Below are positions 46,808-57,686 of a DNA stretch of 64,000 nt, in pieces. The position numbers and the translations under genes were made by a program. The stretch spans positions 64,001 through 128,000 of the IMG/VR virus record IMGVR_UViG_3300033121_001133; one strand, 5' to 3'. The notes below the pieces were generated by a model. It searched no databases. It saw only the letters and a list, made by a program, of their open reading frames with translations, and was not told the origin of the DNA. This DNA is from a virus. Its lineage: Duplodnaviria > Caudoviricetes. Numbering within the stretch: the stretch's first letter is position 1; every line of letters begins with the position of its first letter.

Positions 46808-47494
46808 ATGAAATGTGCTAATTCAGCTTGTGGTAATCAAACCAGGACGAGCATCGCTAGATACTGCTCTCGCTCCTGCCACATGATAGTTAGAAACGCA
46901 GAGGCTAGGACAGGGACGAATAAACCTTGCGCATGCTGCGGTACTCCAATCTATGTGGCGAAGTGGGAATCTCCAAGTAAAAGATACTGCAGTCGTGAGT
47001 GCGTAAGAATCTCCTCATTAGTAGATCGTGTAGAGGTGCTATGCTCATTAGAGGGTTGTTGTAATATAGTTCTAAGAACTGAGAGGGAATCCCTTAAAAC
47101 AGAAAAACACTACTGCTCAAGAACGTGTGCGAGTATAGCAGGTAGGGTTGCAGCTCAGGAGAGAGGTAAAAAGACTGGAACTAAGCCTGAACTGGCCTTT
47201 GCGCAGTGGTGTGAGAAAAATGACATCCAATATAAAGCTCAGTTTGCTGTTGCATGGCAGAGGGGGTGGAAAAAGTGGTATGATTTTTATTTACCTGACT
47301 ACCATTTGCTAGTTGAAATTGATGGTGTATATTGGCACGGAAAGGGTTTATCTGACAGCGAGCTTAATGAGCAGCAGAATAATACTAGGAGAAATGATAT
47401 CGAAAAGAATAAATTAGCTTGCGAACGTGGATTTAACCTATTACGTATTTGGGAAGATGAAATAGCTAGCTTCGATTTACGAAAACTAATATGA
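46808..47494 (+). CDS. Zn-finger-repeat plus DUF559/Vsr-like endonuclease (homing-like insertion)
   Basis: Three YCSR.C repeats; T.PE, YDFY, VEIDG.YWH, ND..KN..A...G..LLRIWE; AT-richer than its neighbours; sits between two GT4 genes. Confidence 0.8.
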   Translation: MKCANSACGNQTRTSIARYCSRSCHMIVRNAEARTGTNKPCACCGTPIYVAKWESPSKRYCSRECVRISSLVDRVEVLCSLEGCCNIVLRTERESLKTEKHYCSRTCASIAGRVAAQERGKKTGTKPELAFAQWCEKNDIQYKAQFAVAWQRGWKKWYDFYLPDYHLLVEIDGVYWHGKGLSDSELNEQQNNTRRNDIEKNKLACERGFNLLRIWEDEIASFDLRKLI

Positions 47495-48810
47495 GTATGA
47501 ATAAACCAGTTCTTCTTTTGATGTGTCCGTGTAGTACAGTTTCTGGCTATGGGGCAAGAAGTAGAGATATTGCCTTAGCCCTAATACAATCGGGGACGTA
47601 TGACGTCAAGATCTGGAGTACTCGATGGGGTAATACTCCGATGAATGCTCTAGATCCCTCTAACAGCAAGCATAGGCTGATCATAGACAGACTGCTAACA
47701 GAGCCTACCTTGAAAAGCCAACCTGAGGTGTTCGTCCAGATAACAGTTCCGAACGAGTTTCAGAAGCTAGGTAAGTTCAACATAGGCATAACTGCAGGCA
47801 TAGAGACAACCCTGGCCTCAGCTCCTTGGATCGAGGGGTGTAATAGAATGGACCTAGTGCTAACCTCTTCTGAGCATTCTAAGAAAGTGCTACAAGAGAC
47901 TGTGTGGACGGAGACCAACCAACAACAACAACCTATACGGGATGTTAAGCTGACTACTCCTATAGAGGTGCTGTTTGAGGGTGTGGATTTGGAGGTGTAC
48001 CATAAGACTGCCCAGATACCAGCCTCAGTACAGGAGCAAATGAAGCAAGTCAAAGAGAAGAGTGCCTTCCTATTTGTAGGTCACTGGCTTAATGGTGAGT
48101 TAGGGCAAGATAGAAAGAACGTAGGACTGTTAATTCGCTGCTTCATTGAGGCATTTAAGAACAAGACTTCCTACAATCAGCCAGCGCTAATTCTAAAGAC
48201 TTCGCACGCTGATTTTAGTCCTGTTGATCGTGCCAACCTTCTGAAGAAGATTAAGCGAGTGATTGAAACGGTGCCTGATCTGAAGTTCACTCCACCAATA
48301 TATCTGCTGCACGGTGACTTAACGGATCAGGAGATGAATTCTCTGTATAATCACCCTAAGATCAAGGCTCATATAACCCTAACCAAGGGGGAAGGTTATG
48401 GGAGACCGCTTGCCGAAGCTAGCCTATCCGAGAAAATCGTGATTGCACCAAACTGGTCCGGGCTAATAGACTTCATTAAGCATGGAGTACTGCTACCAGG
48501 TAACCTAACCCAGGTTCATCCGTCCGCGGCATGGGATCAAGTTATCCTGAGAGAGTCTCAGTGGATGTCAGTCGCTCCAGATCAAGCAATCGCGGCGATG
48601 AGGGATGTGATTGATAATCCCGAGAAGTATCAACCTCTTGCCAAGAAGCAGGCTTCCCTAATCAAGGATCAGTTTAGCTATCAAGCAATGGCAGACAGGC
48701 TATCTAGTATACTTAAACAATATGTCCCAGAGTTTGCTCAGCTGGTACCGCTAAAGCTGCCACAACTAGGCAATCAGCTTCCTAAACTACAACCACTGAA
48801 GCCACAATGA
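47491..48810 (+). CDS. GT-B glycosyltransferase (GT4-like)
   Basis: SGYG..SR, FLFVGHW, DRKN, GEGYG.P..EA. Confidence 0.85.
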   Translation: MSMNKPVLLLMCPCSTVSGYGARSRDIALALIQSGTYDVKIWSTRWGNTPMNALDPSNSKHRLIIDRLLTEPTLKSQPEVFVQITVPNEFQKLGKFNIGITAGIETTLASAPWIEGCNRMDLVLTSSEHSKKVLQETVWTETNQQQQPIRDVKLTTPIEVLFEGVDLEVYHKTAQIPASVQEQMKQVKEKSAFLFVGHWLNGELGQDRKNVGLLIRCFIEAFKNKTSYNQPALILKTSHADFSPVDRANLLKKIKRVIETVPDLKFTPPIYLLHGDLTDQEMNSLYNHPKIKAHITLTKGEGYGRPLAEASLSEKIVIAPNWSGLIDFIKHGVLLPGNLTQVHPSAAWDQVILRESQWMSVAPDQAIAAMRDVIDNPEKYQPLAKKQASLIKDQFSYQAMADRLSSILKQYVPEFAQLVPLKLPQLGNQLPKLQPLKPQ

Positions 48811-49028
48811 TCACATTCTTCATAACCACCTACACTAGCTTTTCCCATAACGTGGTAATTGCCTACCTATCGTCCAACGACGCGCAGTACACCTACGACG
48901 TTATTCAAACGGAGCAGTGCTACTCGCGATTCAGAGTGACTGCTTCCAATCAGCTCTTTCTAACTCTTCGGGACCTTAACAATCAAAAAGACGGAGTATC
49001 ATTTACACTTGAGTATGGAGCCAACTAA
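48807..49028 (+). CDS. Hypothetical protein
   Basis: ATGA-coupled small ORF. Confidence 0.4.
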   Translation: MITFFITTYTSFSHNVVIAYLSSNDAQYTYDVIQTEQCYSRFRVTASNQLFLTLRDLNNQKDGVSFTLEYGAN

Positions 49029-49497
49029 GATTACCTGCCCCCACTGTCAGCAGCCAAACTGCTTTAAGGAGACAACTCCCCATCGGGATCAGCATGCTGA
49101 GAGTTTTATGTGCCTAGATTGTGGTTACACTTCTACTTCTCTTAATCTGGAGGATTCGCCGATCGTCAGGCAGTATGAGGAGACTGCTCCAGAGCTGTTC
49201 AAACTTCTGCGTTGGATTGATCCGCAAACTAAGCTAGTCTGGTATCCGATCGTACTAAACTTCCCATCATTTGGTATGATCTTTCCGGACGGTACTAGTG
49301 TGGAGAACTGGCAGTGGATGTCAGCTCCCGCTGTGGACATTCCATTTAACGATCAGAAGAAGTATCCCATTCCAGGAGCTCCGAACAAGTATTACACCAA
49401 GAGAGTGGATTTGAAGAAGGGGAAGTACTTTCCTCCCGATCAATTCTACCAAGCAGCCAAGTTTATTGGATTTGTGCAATCAGACACCAACCCTTAA
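49015..49497 (+). CDS. Zinc-finger hypothetical protein
   Basis: CPHC and CLDCGY motifs. Confidence 0.6.
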   Translation: MEPTKITCPHCQQPNCFKETTPHRDQHAESFMCLDCGYTSTSLNLEDSPIVRQYEETAPELFKLLRWIDPQTKLVWYPIVLNFPSFGMIFPDGTSVENWQWMSAPAVDIPFNDQKKYPIPGAPNKYYTKRVDLKKGKYFPPDQFYQAAKFIGFVQSDTNP

Positions 49498-49500
49498 GCG

Positions 49501-50148
49501 ATGCCTAGTATCAGTTATGCAATTACGGTGTGTGATGAGGTAGAGGAGGTCATAAGGTTGATTAAGCAGTTGCGTGCACATTTAGTTTGGCAGCAACGCC
49601 CCCACGACGAGATAGTTGTGTTGTGGGATTGTGCCAAGGGAGGTAAGCGGATGCAGTCTTTACTTGAGAGATTTGAGAGGAATGGAGCCATCAAACTGGC
49701 TAAGGATAAGTTCCAAGGTCATTTTGGAGACTGGAAGAACAAGCTAACCAGTCACTGTTCGGGAGACTATATTTTTCAGATCGATGCTGACGAATTTCCT
49801 ACGAACACCTTAATTGATTGCCTACCCTCTCTATTAGAGAGTAATCCTGGCATTGAAGTGTACCTTGTCCCTAGAATCAACATGGTTGAGGGCATAACTC
49901 CGCACCACATAGAGAAGTGGGCCTGGAAAGTTAGTCCTGAAGGGTGGGTTAATTTTCCCGACTACCAGTGGCGGATATACAAGAATAAGCCGTATATTAG
50001 GTGGGTCAACAAGGTGCATGAGCGGCTGGATGGATTTAAGACTTTCGCAGTACTTCCACCACAAGAGAGCTACTGCTTACACCACCCCAAGACAATAGAG
50101 AGACAGGAAAGACAAAACGCACTGTATGATACCTACCAAGCTACCTGA
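49501..50148 (+). CDS. GT2-family glycosyltransferase
   Basis: ISYAITV, GDYIFQIDADE, PDYQ.RI, VHE. Confidence 0.85.
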   Translation: MPSISYAITVCDEVEEVIRLIKQLRAHLVWQQRPHDEIVVLWDCAKGGKRMQSLLERFERNGAIKLAKDKFQGHFGDWKNKLTSHCSGDYIFQIDADEFPTNTLIDCLPSLLESNPGIEVYLVPRINMVEGITPHHIEKWAWKVSPEGWVNFPDYQWRIYKNKPYIRWVNKVHERLDGFKTFAVLPPQESYCLHHPKTIERQERQNALYDTYQAT

Positions 50149-51154
50149 GATCTCTGAATCTCCTTCTATACCAGAACTGAAGATAGCCTTCCTTACTGAG
50201 ATGGACTTTGTGGGTCAAGTACCCTATGACCATCCTAATATGCGCACTGAGTTTGCTTGGATGCATGCCCTAGGCGCCGATCACATCCCCATCAGGAAGT
50301 GGACTATGATAGGAGGTTATGATCACGTGTTTGTGATCTTCCCTAAAGGTAAGGTGTTCCTATCTGCAGAAGGTACTCAGCTAGTGGATGACACTAACCC
50401 AGTTAGTGACCTACTTGCAGATCAAATCATACCAAATCTCAAGCAACGTAATAAGAAGGTGCATTATGTGCAGGAAGGCCCCTCGTGGTGGTTCACCAAC
50501 TATAACCTCACCGATCAGGTCAACTTCTACAATATGATCACTCATTGTGATACGATCTTCACGCACAATCGGGCTGATATCCAGTACTTCAAGGGGCTAT
50601 TCCCCGCTCACCCTGTCCATGTGATTTCAACCCTGATGATTGACTCTCTGATTGCAGATGTCAAGCCTCTTAGGTTAGACAAGGCAATCATTGGAGGTAA
50701 TATGTCTAGGTGGTATGGGGGGTTTGAAAGCATGGTAGTGGCTCAAGAGTTTAAGGTGCCAATATCAGTTCAAACTTCTCATGCAACTCGCCCAGGTGAG
50801 GACCAATTGGTGATGCCAATCCCCCGATTGCAGTGGGTGGACTGGATCAAGAAGCTGAGCGAGTTCAAGTACGCAGTGCACATGATGCCTACTGTGGCAG
50901 CTGGTACATTTGCATTGAACTGTGCCTACCTCGGCATTCCTTGCATTGGCAACAAGCTAGTAGATACCCAGGAAGATTGCTTTCCTCGCCTATCCGTAGA
51001 TGTACACGACATACAGAAAGCGTGTACATTGGCTAGGGATCTTAAAGAGGATCCGGACTTCTACGAGGAATGTAGTCAGTACGCTAAGAAGGCCTATCAA
51101 AGGCACTTCTCACTTGAGTTCTTCTTGGAGGCAATGCACTATCAACTAGCATGA
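50126..51154 (+). CDS. Putative glycosyltransferase (GT-B-like)
   Basis: AGTF.LNCAY.GIPCIG resembles a GT-B donor-binding segment; cluster context. Confidence 0.5.
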   Translation: MIPTKLPEISESPSIPELKIAFLTEMDFVGQVPYDHPNMRTEFAWMHALGADHIPIRKWTMIGGYDHVFVIFPKGKVFLSAEGTQLVDDTNPVSDLLADQIIPNLKQRNKKVHYVQEGPSWWFTNYNLTDQVNFYNMITHCDTIFTHNRADIQYFKGLFPAHPVHVISTLMIDSLIADVKPLRLDKAIIGGNMSRWYGGFESMVVAQEFKVPISVQTSHATRPGEDQLVMPIPRLQWVDWIKKLSEFKYAVHMMPTVAAGTFALNCAYLGIPCIGNKLVDTQEDCFPRLSVDVHDIQKACTLARDLKEDPDFYEECSQYAKKAYQRHFSLEFFLEAMHYQLA

Positions 51155-51816
51155 GCAACATCACCGCAGTAATAACTTCCTGTGGTAGGTTTGATTTGCT
51201 GGGTATGACCATCAGCAGTCTAGTGAGACATGCTGATCTGGAATTTGAGCGGATCATTGTGGTTGACAACTCTACCCTTCCAGATTTAGAAGATCAAATT
51301 AGCAAGATAGCAATTCAAGTCAACAAACAGCTCCACCTACTAGCCAACCCCATCAACATAGGACAAGTTGCAGCGATTGATCTTGCCTACTCCTATGTAG
51401 AGACCGACTACATTTTCCACTGTGAGGATGACTGGGAGTTCTTTGATACTGGGTTCCTAACGCAGTCTAAACAACTACTAGAAGATGTTGACAACATAAT
51501 CAACGTCAACCTACGTATTCGCTTCGATGGAGAGAAAGGCAGCATGCATCCAATATCGGAGCTGAGGATGTCTCCTAATGGAGTACCTTATCACCAATAC
51601 CAACTAAACTACCTAGGAGCTTGGCATGGGTTCTCATGGAATCCAGGTCTAAGGCGCAGGAGAGACTACGACCTGATCAAACCATATAAGCAGTATGGTG
51701 AGGAATCCCGAGTAGGGCAGAAGTATAAAGAGTTAGGCTTCGTTGCCGCATGCCTTGAAAAGTCGTATTGTAAGCACATAGGCACTCACAGCTCTACACC
51801 CCTATCCAATCAATAG
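51151..51816 (+). CDS. GT2-family glycosyltransferase
   Basis: TSCGR.DLL, IVVDN, YIFHCEDDW, FS.NP, HIG. Confidence 0.8.
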   Translation: MSNITAVITSCGRFDLLGMTISSLVRHADLEFERIIVVDNSTLPDLEDQISKIAIQVNKQLHLLANPINIGQVAAIDLAYSYVETDYIFHCEDDWEFFDTGFLTQSKQLLEDVDNIINVNLRIRFDGEKGSMHPISELRMSPNGVPYHQYQLNYLGAWHGFSWNPGLRRRRDYDLIKPYKQYGEESRVGQKYKELGFVAACLEKSYCKHIGTHSSTPLSNQ

Positions 51817-51820
51817 AATA

Positions 51821-52774
51821 ATGGCAAAAGACAGAGTACTAATTACTGGCGGAAGCGGCTTCTTGGGAAGGAACTTAGCAATTAAACTCAAGGAGCAGTA
51901 TGATGTATACTTGGGAGCTCGAAACAACAAGCAGAATTTCAATGCTCAGGGACTAACTGGGGTCAGTGTACTTCCTATGGATGTATCCAGTATGGAATCT
52001 ACACGCGATGCTATTAGGTCTATCAGGCCTAATGTTATCATCCATGCTGCAGCTACTAAGTTCGTCGATCTATCAGAGAAGTTTCCACTGGAGACAATCG
52101 ATGTCAACGTTGTTGGCTCTGAGAACGTAGCACGTGCCGCAATGGATTATGGCGTTGATGTTGTGATTGGCATTTCAACTGATAAGGCATGCCCTCCAAT
52201 TCGGAACATCTACGGACTATCTAAGGCAACCATGGAGAGGATGTTCTGCTTGCTTGATGGTAAGACCAGGACCAAGTTTGCTTGTGTGCGTTATGGAAAT
52301 GTAGCATGGTCTACAGGCTCAGTTCTCCCAATCTGGAAGAAGATGCAGCAAGAGGGTAAGGTAATTGGCACTACGGGGCCAGATATGCGTCGATTCTTCT
52401 TCACCGTAGATGATGCAGTACAGCTAGTAGAGACTGCAATCAACAATATCAACACAATCAGGGGTCAGATACTGTCACGCAATATGAAAGCTGCGTTGAT
52501 TAGGGATTTGCTTAATGTCTGGGTAGAGGAGTTTGGTGGTGAATGGGCTTTGATCGAAGGACGTCCAGGTGAGCGGAATGATGAGTACCTGGTGGGGGAG
52601 ACTGAGCTGGAGTACTGTCGTGTACTAGACTTCAAAGGAGTGCAGCACTTCTTGATTAGTCCTAACACCAAGGTAGATAAACCATTTCCTTACGTGTTCA
52701 CCTCTAGGGAGGCTACTAAGCTAACTAGGCAAGAGATGGTTGCTATCATAAAAGCACAACCGGACACTCTATGA
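51821..52774 (+). CDS. NDP-sugar 4,6-dehydratase (CapD/PseB-like SDR)
   Basis: TGGSGFLG, HAAA.K.V, STDKA, YGLSK, RYGNV..S.GSV.P, M.RFF. Confidence 0.88.
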   Translation: MAKDRVLITGGSGFLGRNLAIKLKEQYDVYLGARNNKQNFNAQGLTGVSVLPMDVSSMESTRDAIRSIRPNVIIHAAATKFVDLSEKFPLETIDVNVVGSENVARAAMDYGVDVVIGISTDKACPPIRNIYGLSKATMERMFCLLDGKTRTKFACVRYGNVAWSTGSVLPIWKKMQQEGKVIGTTGPDMRRFFFTVDDAVQLVETAINNINTIRGQILSRNMKAALIRDLLNVWVEEFGGEWALIEGRPGERNDEYLVGETELEYCRVLDFKGVQHFLISPNTKVDKPFPYVFTSREATKLTRQEMVAIIKAQPDTL

Positions 52775-53469
52775 CATTCAGGCACGCTCTAATACTAGCT
52801 GCTGGGCGAGGGGAAAGGATGATGCCTCTAACTGCCAACAAACCAAAGGCTTTGGTGACGTTAGGCAACAAACCCCTAATTCAGTATACCATCGATACCC
52901 TTCGCAAGCAGGGAGTAGAGCGGATCTATGTCACTTATGGGTGGCAGGGTAAGATGCTGGTTGACTATCTACACAATAAGGTAGAGGGTTTGATCAACAC
53001 TACCAATCAAGATAATGCTGGGTTCCTTTCAACTAGTGTGCTGCAGTATGTGGATGCCCCGATGCTGGTTTGTCCTTGTGATTTGACATTCGACATAGAT
53101 CTCGCAGCCCTAAAGTTGGAGCATACCCTAGCTGTTAAGCGTCCAATTTACCTTATACCAGTACAAGCTTCTAAGAACGCTGACTTCATTCACACCGGTG
53201 ACTTTCTCGCAGTCACCGATATCACTAGGGAACGGAAATCCGAGTTATGTGCCAGTGGTATACAGATCATCAACCCCTTGATGCTAAACCAGTGGATTCA
53301 CCCTCCCTCCAACTTCTATGGTGTGTGGACCAACTTAATTAAGCTAGGAGGTTTGGGTGTCACTACTACCACACCTTCTAACTGGAGTTCGTATGACAGT
53401 GAGGAGGATGTATTTAGATGGCACTACCCCACTGATCCCCAGGATGTGTGGCCTTCAACACCTCAGTGA
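52771..53469 (+). CDS. Sugar-phosphate nucleotidyltransferase
   Basis: LAAGRGERM.PLT..KPK.L. Confidence 0.85.
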   Translation: MTFRHALILAAGRGERMMPLTANKPKALVTLGNKPLIQYTIDTLRKQGVERIYVTYGWQGKMLVDYLHNKVEGLINTTNQDNAGFLSTSVLQYVDAPMLVCPCDLTFDIDLAALKLEHTLAVKRPIYLIPVQASKNADFIHTGDFLAVTDITRERKSELCASGIQIINPLMLNQWIHPPSNFYGVWTNLIKLGGLGVTTTTPSNWSSYDSEEDVFRWHYPTDPQDVWPSTPQ

Positions 53470-54296
53470 TGGAAAAGCTATCGATCCGCGATCAACTGTT
53501 CCATCACGCTTATTCCACCAGCAATTGGTTTAAGCCAATAGAGTTTGAGTGGGATTTCGTTAATCTACACAACGACTTCGTGTTCCTAACAGATCAGAAT
53601 GTCTTTCAAGTAAGCGATCCGGAACTCAAGGATTACAGGAAGTACGCTTGGTTAGTTGAGTCTCCGGTGATCACACCCAAGTCTTATCAATTTGTAGCAC
53701 AGAATCCTACCCTATTTGATAAGATCTTTACTCACAGTGAGGAGCTGTTGAAGCATGCTCACGCGCACCTTGTACCAATAGGGGGCTGCCACCTCGATCA
53801 AGCTGATATTAGCCTAGACCACACCAAGACCAAGCTGGTCTCAATGATGTACTCTAACAAGAATTCAGTAGATGGACACAATCTACGTCACCAAATAGCC
53901 AACACACCAGGCATCAATCAACTAGTAGATCTGATGGGTAGTGGGGTGGATGGTAGGCATGTTAAGAAGATTGAGTCTTGCAGAGACTATGCCTTTTCGG
54001 TAGTGATAGAGAACTGCAAGCAAGGATACTACTTCACGGAGAAGATTGTGGATTGCTTCCTAACAGGTACAATTCCAATTTACTGGGGCACTTCCTACAT
54101 TGGTCAGTTCTTCAATGCACGAGGATTTCTAACCTTCAGTACAGCAGACCAGCTTATTAAGGCACTGGGAGATCGCGAGCGGTTAGCTGAGTTCTATAAT
54201 GACCATCACGACGATGTTATTGAGAACTTTCGTTTAGCTCATCAATATAAGGTGGGTGATGACTACCTCTACAAACACTTCAGACAGATACTATGA
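53469..54296 (+). CDS. GT10-like (fucosyltransferase-type) glycosyltransferase
   Basis: Y.FS..IEN....YFTEK..D....GTIPIYWG. Confidence 0.8.
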   Translation: MEKLSIRDQLFHHAYSTSNWFKPIEFEWDFVNLHNDFVFLTDQNVFQVSDPELKDYRKYAWLVESPVITPKSYQFVAQNPTLFDKIFTHSEELLKHAHAHLVPIGGCHLDQADISLDHTKTKLVSMMYSNKNSVDGHNLRHQIANTPGINQLVDLMGSGVDGRHVKKIESCRDYAFSVVIENCKQGYYFTEKIVDCFLTGTIPIYWGTSYIGQFFNARGFLTFSTADQLIKALGDRERLAEFYNDHHDDVIENFRLAHQYKVGDDYLYKHFRQIL

Positions 54297-55045
54297 AGAT
54301 TGCTCTGTGCATATCAGGTCAGCCTAGAGGATTAGATCACAACATTCCTCGCCTACTAGAGGGGTTAGTTTGGCCAAGCAAGATTAAGGACATCTTCATC
54401 CACACCTGGTTTGATCAGAGCTTGGTAGGTGTGCCTTTCTCTTCCGCTCAACCCAACCAAACAGGTAAGGTTGGAGTGTGGGCCGCCGACACCATTGAGT
54501 TACTGAAGAGCCTCAATCCGATTCGATTGGAGGTGGAGTATCCTAAGTTATTTGAGGAGTTCAGTCACCTACCCAATCTCCCATCTGCTATACAGACGCA
54601 ACTTGCCTCTAACACATATTCTGTGTATAGGGCCAACAGACTGAAATGTGAGCATGAGCATGTTACTGGCACTAAGTACGACTTAGTAATACGAGCTCGT
54701 ATAGATTGTGCGTACAGTGAGCCCTATGATATCACTAAGTACTTGGATCCTAAGTGGGATACTGAGGATGTGCTACACGTACCCTACAAATTCCAGCACA
54801 TGAGGATGGATGATTCCTATCCATTGCTAGGAGGCGGTACATATAGCTCGATGTCAGACACGTTTGCTTACGGTCGATCTGAGGTTGTCGATAAGTTCTG
54901 TTCAGTCTACCCTCAATTTGAGAATATACATCACCACATTGTACCCTATCAGTATGGTGAGTGCTTCTTTGGCTACCAGACTAGGTACCGCCACAAGATC
55001 AGGATCAGCATGCAACCCATAGAGTACCAACTAGTGCGAGGATGA
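54293..55045 (+). CDS. Putative glycosyltransferase-like protein
   Basis: KIALCISGQPR, FIHTW, YDLVIRAR.D, D.FAYG; cluster context. Confidence 0.55.
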   Translation: MKIALCISGQPRGLDHNIPRLLEGLVWPSKIKDIFIHTWFDQSLVGVPFSSAQPNQTGKVGVWAADTIELLKSLNPIRLEVEYPKLFEEFSHLPNLPSAIQTQLASNTYSVYRANRLKCEHEHVTGTKYDLVIRARIDCAYSEPYDITKYLDPKWDTEDVLHVPYKFQHMRMDDSYPLLGGGTYSSMSDTFAYGRSEVVDKFCSVYPQFENIHHHIVPYQYGECFFGYQTRYRHKIRISMQPIEYQLVRG

Positions 55046-55782
55046 ACATACTATTTCCTATAGCAGGACAGGGATCTAGATTCAAAGCTGGGGGTTACCA
55101 GGTACCCAAGCCGCTGGTACTGGTTAATGGTACTACCCTACTAGAGCACTCCATAAAGACTTTGGGATTGGATGGACATTACATCTTTGTAACGTTACGA
55201 TATCCCAATGCTCGGTTCAACAATACAATCAGGCAGATCATAGACCGTAGTTGCCCTTCCTATAGCATCGTGGAGCTTGAGGCCCCAACTCAAGGGGCAG
55301 CTCAAACTTGCTTAGCTGCTTCACATCTGATAGATAACGCTACTCCATTAGTAGTCACTAACTGCGATCAGTATCTTAGATGGGACCCCAACCAACTAAT
55401 CAAGGAGATTCAGCTACACGATCCCGATGCATGTGTCAGTTTATACGACCACCAGGATATTGAGCTAGATAAGCCCAGTAAGTATGCTTTTGTGGAGCTA
55501 GATGACAAAGGCTATGCAGTTCGGTTTTGTGAAAAGTACGCTATCTCACCCAATGCGTTAAATGGAATCCACTATTGGAAGTCTGGGGAATTATTCGTAA
55601 GTTACGTAGCGCTGATGATGGCCAATAATATCAGAGTCAATGGAGAGTACTATATTTCACCTTCCCTTAATCTCCTAATCAATGCTGGAGGACGAATCAC
55701 TACTTTCAAGATGGAACCCGGCCAATACTTCTCGTTAGGAAGTCCACAAGAAATAAACAACAACAAACAACACATAAACTAG
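55042..55782 (+). CDS. Nucleotidyltransferase-fold protein (BcbE-like)
   Basis: IAG.GSRF...GY..PKPL, T.GAA.T, NCDQ, EK..IS..A..G..Y, NGEYYI.P. Confidence 0.8.
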   Translation: MNILFPIAGQGSRFKAGGYQVPKPLVLVNGTTLLEHSIKTLGLDGHYIFVTLRYPNARFNNTIRQIIDRSCPSYSIVELEAPTQGAAQTCLAASHLIDNATPLVVTNCDQYLRWDPNQLIKEIQLHDPDACVSLYDHQDIELDKPSKYAFVELDDKGYAVRFCEKYAISPNALNGIHYWKSGELFVSYVALMMANNIRVNGEYYISPSLNLLINAGGRITTFKMEPGQYFSLGSPQEINNNKQHIN

Positions 55783-55790
55783 AGTTCAAT

Positions 55791-56402
55791 ATGGAGAGTG
55801 CTAAGGATAAGTTACAGCGGGTTTGCTATGACATCGTGCAAGGTAAACCTGTGGTAGTTGTAGATGATTACGATAGGGAATATGAGGGAGATATTGTACT
55901 CTCGGCCGAGAAGGCCACAGCTGAGAATCTGATCTTCTGCATGCGTCACGCAAAGGGTCTAATGTGTATACCCTTGCTGCAAGATACTTGCGATCGCTTG
56001 GAGATCCCAATGATGCACTCCAATAAGAACGACAAGTATGGAACCCCCTTTGCGTCCTCTATTGATGCAATTGAAGGAGCTACTACAGGAATGTCTGTGC
56101 ACGACCGCCTCAAGACCATCTCCATCGTGGTAAATGATAAGTCTCAACCTAATGAGCTAGCCCAACCGGGTCATATGTTCCCATTGCGAGCACGACCAGG
56201 ACTTTTGAAAGAGCGAAGAGGCCATACCGAAGCTTCAATCGAGTTGATGAAGGCCAGCAACCTCAAACCAATAGCAGTAATCGTAGAGATTATGAATGAG
56301 GATGGCACTATGATCAAAGGTGAAAAATTGGAGCAATTTGCGAAGATCTACAATCTGAATATGATATCAGTAGAGGAGATCCATGACGCAGTTTATCAAT
56401 AG
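55791..56402 (+). CDS. ribB: 3,4-dihydroxy-2-butanone 4-phosphate synthase
   Basis: DD.DRE.EGD, GL.C, TTG.S..DR, PGH.FPL, RRGHTEA, EI.NEDG. Confidence 0.93.
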   Translation: MESAKDKLQRVCYDIVQGKPVVVVDDYDREYEGDIVLSAEKATAENLIFCMRHAKGLMCIPLLQDTCDRLEIPMMHSNKNDKYGTPFASSIDAIEGATTGMSVHDRLKTISIVVNDKSQPNELAQPGHMFPLRARPGLLKERRGHTEASIELMKASNLKPIAVIVEIMNEDGTMIKGEKLEQFAKIYNLNMISVEEIHDAVYQ

Positions 56403-57342
56403 AGCATACAATACTCTTAAGATCAGGCCTGACAATCCGGCTGTGATTACTAAGAGAAGCTGCGATAGTAGGCTTAGGGATGAGATTGCCTACTATCGCA
56501 GCCTCCCTCCTCAGCAAGCAATCTACTTTCCTAGGATAGTGGAAGGTGGTCAGGGGGAGAGTGTAGAGTTTGAGTTGACAATGGAATACTATGCCTATGA
56601 CAATCTAGGCAACCTAATGATCAACCAACAACCTAACCCCGATCTCTGGGCAAAGGTGTTCAACTTCATAGCATCATTCTCCCACCAGGATGAACAGAGG
56701 CCTCCTGATCCTGCTAGCTGTGGGAAGATGTTCATTCAGAAGACAGAGATCGAGTACCATAAATTGATCAACAACTTCGAGTTTTTCCGTCAGTTTGATC
56801 GGACTGAATCAGTGATCACTCTCAATCAGGAACCTCTCTACAGTTTTGACATGATTTGGCCTACGATTCGGCGGTTCCTACGGGACGAATGTCTGAGCGA
56901 GCCTCTTCGTATCATACACGGAGACCTATGCTTCAGCAACATACTGTATGGTCAGAATCCAATCAGCGGAGATGTAATATTGAAGTTCATCGATCCGCGC
57001 GGGTCTTTTGGTGATCAGACCATATATGGGGATCCTTATTACGATCTCGCAAAGCTACTACACTCTTGTGACGGAGGTTATGAGTACTTCATTACAGATA
57101 ACTTTCAACTTACCCAACGAGGTAGTGACTTCTGGTTGGTTTATGGCAACAACAACGGAGCTCAGATTGCTGATATCTTCACCCAGACCCTTGACCTATC
57201 CTACAACACCAAGAAGATTTTAGCACTGCAGGGACTAATCTTCATCGGTATGTGCGCAAGGCACTACGATTCACTAGAAAGGCAGAAGGCTATGTTTCTG
57301 ACTGGACTACGCATTCTAAACACAGTAGCTTCTACCTTATGA
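56383..57342 (+). CDS. APH/choline-kinase-like phosphotransferase (capsule-locus type)
   Basis: R.YN, L.MEY, HGDLCFSNIL, FIDPRG, GD.YYDLAKL.HS. Confidence 0.8.
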   Translation: MTQFINRAYNTLKIRPDNPAVITKRSCDSRLRDEIAYYRSLPPQQAIYFPRIVEGGQGESVEFELTMEYYAYDNLGNLMINQQPNPDLWAKVFNFIASFSHQDEQRPPDPASCGKMFIQKTEIEYHKLINNFEFFRQFDRTESVITLNQEPLYSFDMIWPTIRRFLRDECLSEPLRIIHGDLCFSNILYGQNPISGDVILKFIDPRGSFGDQTIYGDPYYDLAKLLHSCDGGYEYFITDNFQLTQRGSDFWLVYGNNNGAQIADIFTQTLDLSYNTKKILALQGLIFIGMCARHYDSLERQKAMFLTGLRILNTVASTL

Positions 57343-57686
57343 GATTCTGCTTCGATCTAGACAATACCCTGTGTGAGCTTAAGCAGGAAGGTCAAAGCTA
57401 CAGTCAGCTAGACCCAAAGCCAGGTGCTGTTAGGTATTTGCAGAAACTTGCACAAAAAGGTCACTACATCATTATCTACACAGCCCGTCACATGGCAACC
57501 TGTGGTGGTAACCTAGGTCGAATCACAGCTCTTCAAGCACCAGCTACCATTGCCTGGCTAGCCAAACACCAAATACCGTATGATGAATTGCTATTTGGAA
57601 AACCGCTGGCAGATTACTATATTGACGATAAAGCAATCGCCTTCACTGACTTCTCTACTCTTGAACAACACCTACCTCTAACATGA
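57339..57686 (+). CDS. HAD phosphatase (BcbF/EcbF capsule-type)
   Basis: FDLDNTLC, YTAR, WL..H.IPYDEL.FGKP..D.YIDDKA; ATG 57339. Confidence 0.85.
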   Translation: MRFCFDLDNTLCELKQEGQSYSQLDPKPGAVRYLQKLAQKGHYIIIYTARHMATCGGNLGRITALQAPATIAWLAKHQIPYDELLFGKPLADYYIDDKAIAFTDFSTLEQHLPLT